Source of the DNA: Muribaculaceae bacterium
Lineage (GTDB): Bacteria; Bacteroidota; Bacteroidia; Bacteroidales; Muribaculaceae
Assembly (NCBI GenBank): GCA_017478855.1
Contig: JAFVCX010000137.1
Span: 16,162 to 80,161, forward strand
Direction of reading: 5' to 3'
DNA length: 64,000 nucleotides
In this document: in pieces, positions 62,175 through 64,000 of the stretch
Position numbering within the stretch: the first letter of the stretch is position 1
How the letters are laid out: each line of letters begins with the position of its first letter
Position numbers and translations under genes: made by a program
Notes under the pieces: model-generated
The model's database searches: none
Told to the model about the DNA's origin: nothing
Seen by the model: the letters and a program-made list of their open reading frames with translations, nothing else

Positions 62175-64000
62175 TTAGCGCACCACCACTTTCTTGCCAC
62201 CGGCGATGTAGAGGCCTGCGGGCAGACCGGCCACGCTGGTGTCGCCGGTTTTCACAAGACGTCCGTCGATGGTGTAGACGTTGTTGTTCACGCGTTTCAC
62301 ATCGGCATTGATGGTTGTGATGGCGGTGGCGTTGTCCACGGTCACCTTCACATGGGCTTTCACATTAGAGTTGCTGGCCGAAGTGGCTGTGATGATGGCC
62401 ACATTCTCACCGGCATTAACCTTGCGGATGCGTGCGGGAGCGGCTTGCGAGTCGGCAGCGGTCACCACGCCGTTTTCGTCCACAGTGGCCACGCTCTCGT
62501 CGCTCGACGACCAAATCACGCGACTGTTCACTGTGTTTTCTGGCAGCAGAGTGGCTATCAAGCTCAGCGTTTGGCCTTTGCCTATGGTGGCTTCCTCATA
62601 GTTGAGGGTCAGGCTTTGCACGGCACCCACCGGCAGCTGGAAGGCCGACAGACGACCCAAGAAGGCCGAACTGGTGAACGACAGGTCGCTGTTGGTATAG
62701 GTGGCCGTCTTGTTTCCATTGGGCAGGCGATCATAGATGTAGAGCTTGTTGCCAATGGGCTGAATGCCATAGCCGTCGGCAGTCTTGTCGATGAGTACCA
62801 CACCGTCGGCGGGAGTGGTGGTAAAGGCTTCTGGGTCAATCTTGTGGATGGCTGTACCCATGTGCACGTTGCCCAAACTGGCCATCGGGTTCATCGAACC
62901 CAGACCGCGTTCCACGGCATAGAGATAACCGTCAGTACCCTCGAACGCGCCGAAGAAACCATGTTGTCCATCTTTGTAGGTCAGGCAGTTGACAGCCTCG
63001 CCGGTAGCGGCGTTCACTTGCACCATCCACGGGTCGCGTACGTTAACGGTAGCAAATGTCTTGTCACCAATGGCCATGCCCATCTTGGCTGTTCCCATCA
63101 GGTACAGCTTGTTGTCGATCACGCTTAGGGTGGGCATTTGCAAGGCACTGCCGCTCATGGTGCTCTGGTAGAGTTGGAACCAGTTCACGTTCAGGTCGGT
63201 ATCAAACTTAGCCGCGAACAGACTGTTGTAGGCGTTGGTCGGGGTCACGCTCTTGCCGTCCAGCGTGATTTCGGTGTTGGCCTTACCCTCAATCAAGCCA
63301 AAGAGATAGAGGTCGTTGCCCACGACTTTCAGGGTGCGTGCATTTTCGCCGGTGGCCTCGCCGCCGGTGACAAGGTGCTTGACATAGTTACCCTCACTGT
63401 CGAGCTTGATGATATACATATTACCAGCCGGCTTCTGCGAATCGCCGATCCAGTCGCTGACGTTGTGCGGCGTGATGGTTACATCGCCAATGGTAATGTC
63501 GGCCACCATGCGGCCGGCCACATAGATGTTGCCTGCGTTATCCACCTCCAAGCCGTAGGCATAGATGCCCTGGCCTATGTTGGTCGTTCCCTGAGTCCAA
63601 CCGGCGTAGATGGTCTTGTCGGCCACGGCGTTGATGGTGAACTGTTTGAGCCACTCAATTTTGCCATTGGCGTCAATCTTGATGACGGCCGATTCGTAGT
63701 GGCGAGCACCATTGAGTTCCATGGGCATGGCATATTCTGTACCCTGTGCATCCACGATGACAACGCCGTTGTCGGTGTAGCCCTCGCTGGGACGCATGTT
63801 GATATAGGTCACCGCGCCGCCGTCGGGCGTGCCCACGATGCAGGCACCCTCACTATTGTCAATCTCGCCATACTTTGACATGATTTTCCATGCCAGAGTG
63901 CCGTCGGGGTTGACCTTGGTGATGCACAAGTCCAAATTGTTTGAATTGCCTCCGTATGGAGTTCCCGTACCCAAGATGTCATCGCCAAATAAGAGGTTTT
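62175..64000 (-). CDS. SBBP-type beta-propeller repeat protein with a Big_2 Ig-like domain and T9SS C-terminal sorting domain; 5' end outside the window
   Basis: The frame stays open to position 64000, and the track start is only an internal TTG. The Big_2-like block is ATIGKGQTLSLIATLLPENTVNSRVIWSSSDESVATVDENGVVTA. The CTD-like end is NNNVYTIDGRLVKTGDTSVAGLPAGLYIAGGKKVVVR. Confidence 0.7.
   Translation of the reverse strand, partial: NLLFGDDILGTGTPYGGNSNNLDLCITKVNPDGTLAWKIMSKYGEIDNSEGACIVGTPDGGAVTYINMRPSEGYTDNGVVIVDAQGTEYAMPMELNGARHYESAVIKIDANGKIEWLKQFTINAVADKTIYAGWTQGTTNIGQGIYAYGLEVDNAGNIYVAGRMVADITIGDVTITPHNVSDWIGDSQKPAGNMYIIKLDSEGNYVKHLVTGGEATGENARTLKVVGNDLYLFGLIEGKANTEITLDGKSVTPTNAYNSLFAAKFDTDLNVNWFQLYQSTMSGSALQMPTLSVIDNKLYLMGTAKMGMAIGDKTFATVNVRDPWMVQVNAATGEAVNCLTYKDGQHGFFGAFEGTDGYLYAVERGLGSMNPMASLGNVHMGTAIHKIDPEAFTTTPADGVVLIDKTADGYGIQPIGNKLYIYDRLPNGNKTATYTNSDLSFTSSAFLGRLSAFQLPVGAVQSLTLNYEEATIGKGQTLSLIATLLPENTVNSRVIWSSSDESVATVDENGVVTAADSQAAPARIRKVNAGENVAIITATSASNSNVKAHVKVTVDNATAITTINADVKRVNNNVYTIDGRLVKTGDTSVAGLPAGLYIAGGKKVVVR

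Noticed and set aside
1-64000. A search by eye for tRNA, rRNA, CRISPR arrays, transposases, integrases, restriction-modification or other defence-system genes.
   Set aside because: None was recognised. All intergenic regions longer than 150 bp were read and showed only promoters, hairpins or the riboswitch. A proper tRNAscan/Infernal/defence-finder run is needed to exclude small or divergent elements.

Overview
The window reads as a chromosomal segment of a Bacteroidota (Bacteroidales-like) genome. The evidence is TAnnTTTG -7 promoter boxes, a near absence of Shine-Dalgarno sequences, T9SS C-terminal sorting domains, a PorV-like gene and several TonB-dependent receptors. It looks moderately GC-rich by eye, which explains the many long antisense ORFs that I treat as spurious. 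I call about 55 protein genes. Housekeeping genes are truA, an rluA-family gene, dnaJ-grpE, ispE, ispF, kdsA, rsmE, mnmA, pdxA, a nupG-like gene, hsp20 and cobO. The rest are mostly cell-envelope and surface functions. I found no rRNA, tRNA, CRISPR array, transposase or integrase by eye. One RNA element missing from the ORF track is clear: a cobalamin riboswitch (about 29218..29382, minus strand) in front of the cobO-type adenosyltransferase. The most unusual signal is three secreted proteins that end in duplicated type I dockerin-like modules: a C10 cysteine peptidase, a PKD/BACON-like protein and an SBBP-type beta-propeller protein. They sit next to proteins with classical T9SS C-terminal domains. 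The dockerin propeller protein also has a paralog about 3 kb away that carries Big_2 plus a T9SS CTD at the equivalent position. This suggests an uncharacterised dockerin-based surface-attachment route running alongside T9SS. Other leads are listed here:
- An imelysin / di-haem DUF1111 / fused CcsBA cluster.
- An NTP-transferase / ATP-grasp / CDP-alcohol phosphatidyltransferase / HAD cassette, possibly for lipid head-group synthesis.
- A GtrB-like GT2 gene divergent from one of two paralogous GT-C-like membrane proteins.
- Two metal-binding-protein + TonB-receptor pairs.
- A rare strong Shine-Dalgarno sequence on hsp20.
- Twin GTTGTCA-N5-TGACAAC palindromes.
All calls come from manual reading of the sequence and translations. 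No database search was run, so family assignments are motif-based and should be confirmed with HMM or structure searches.
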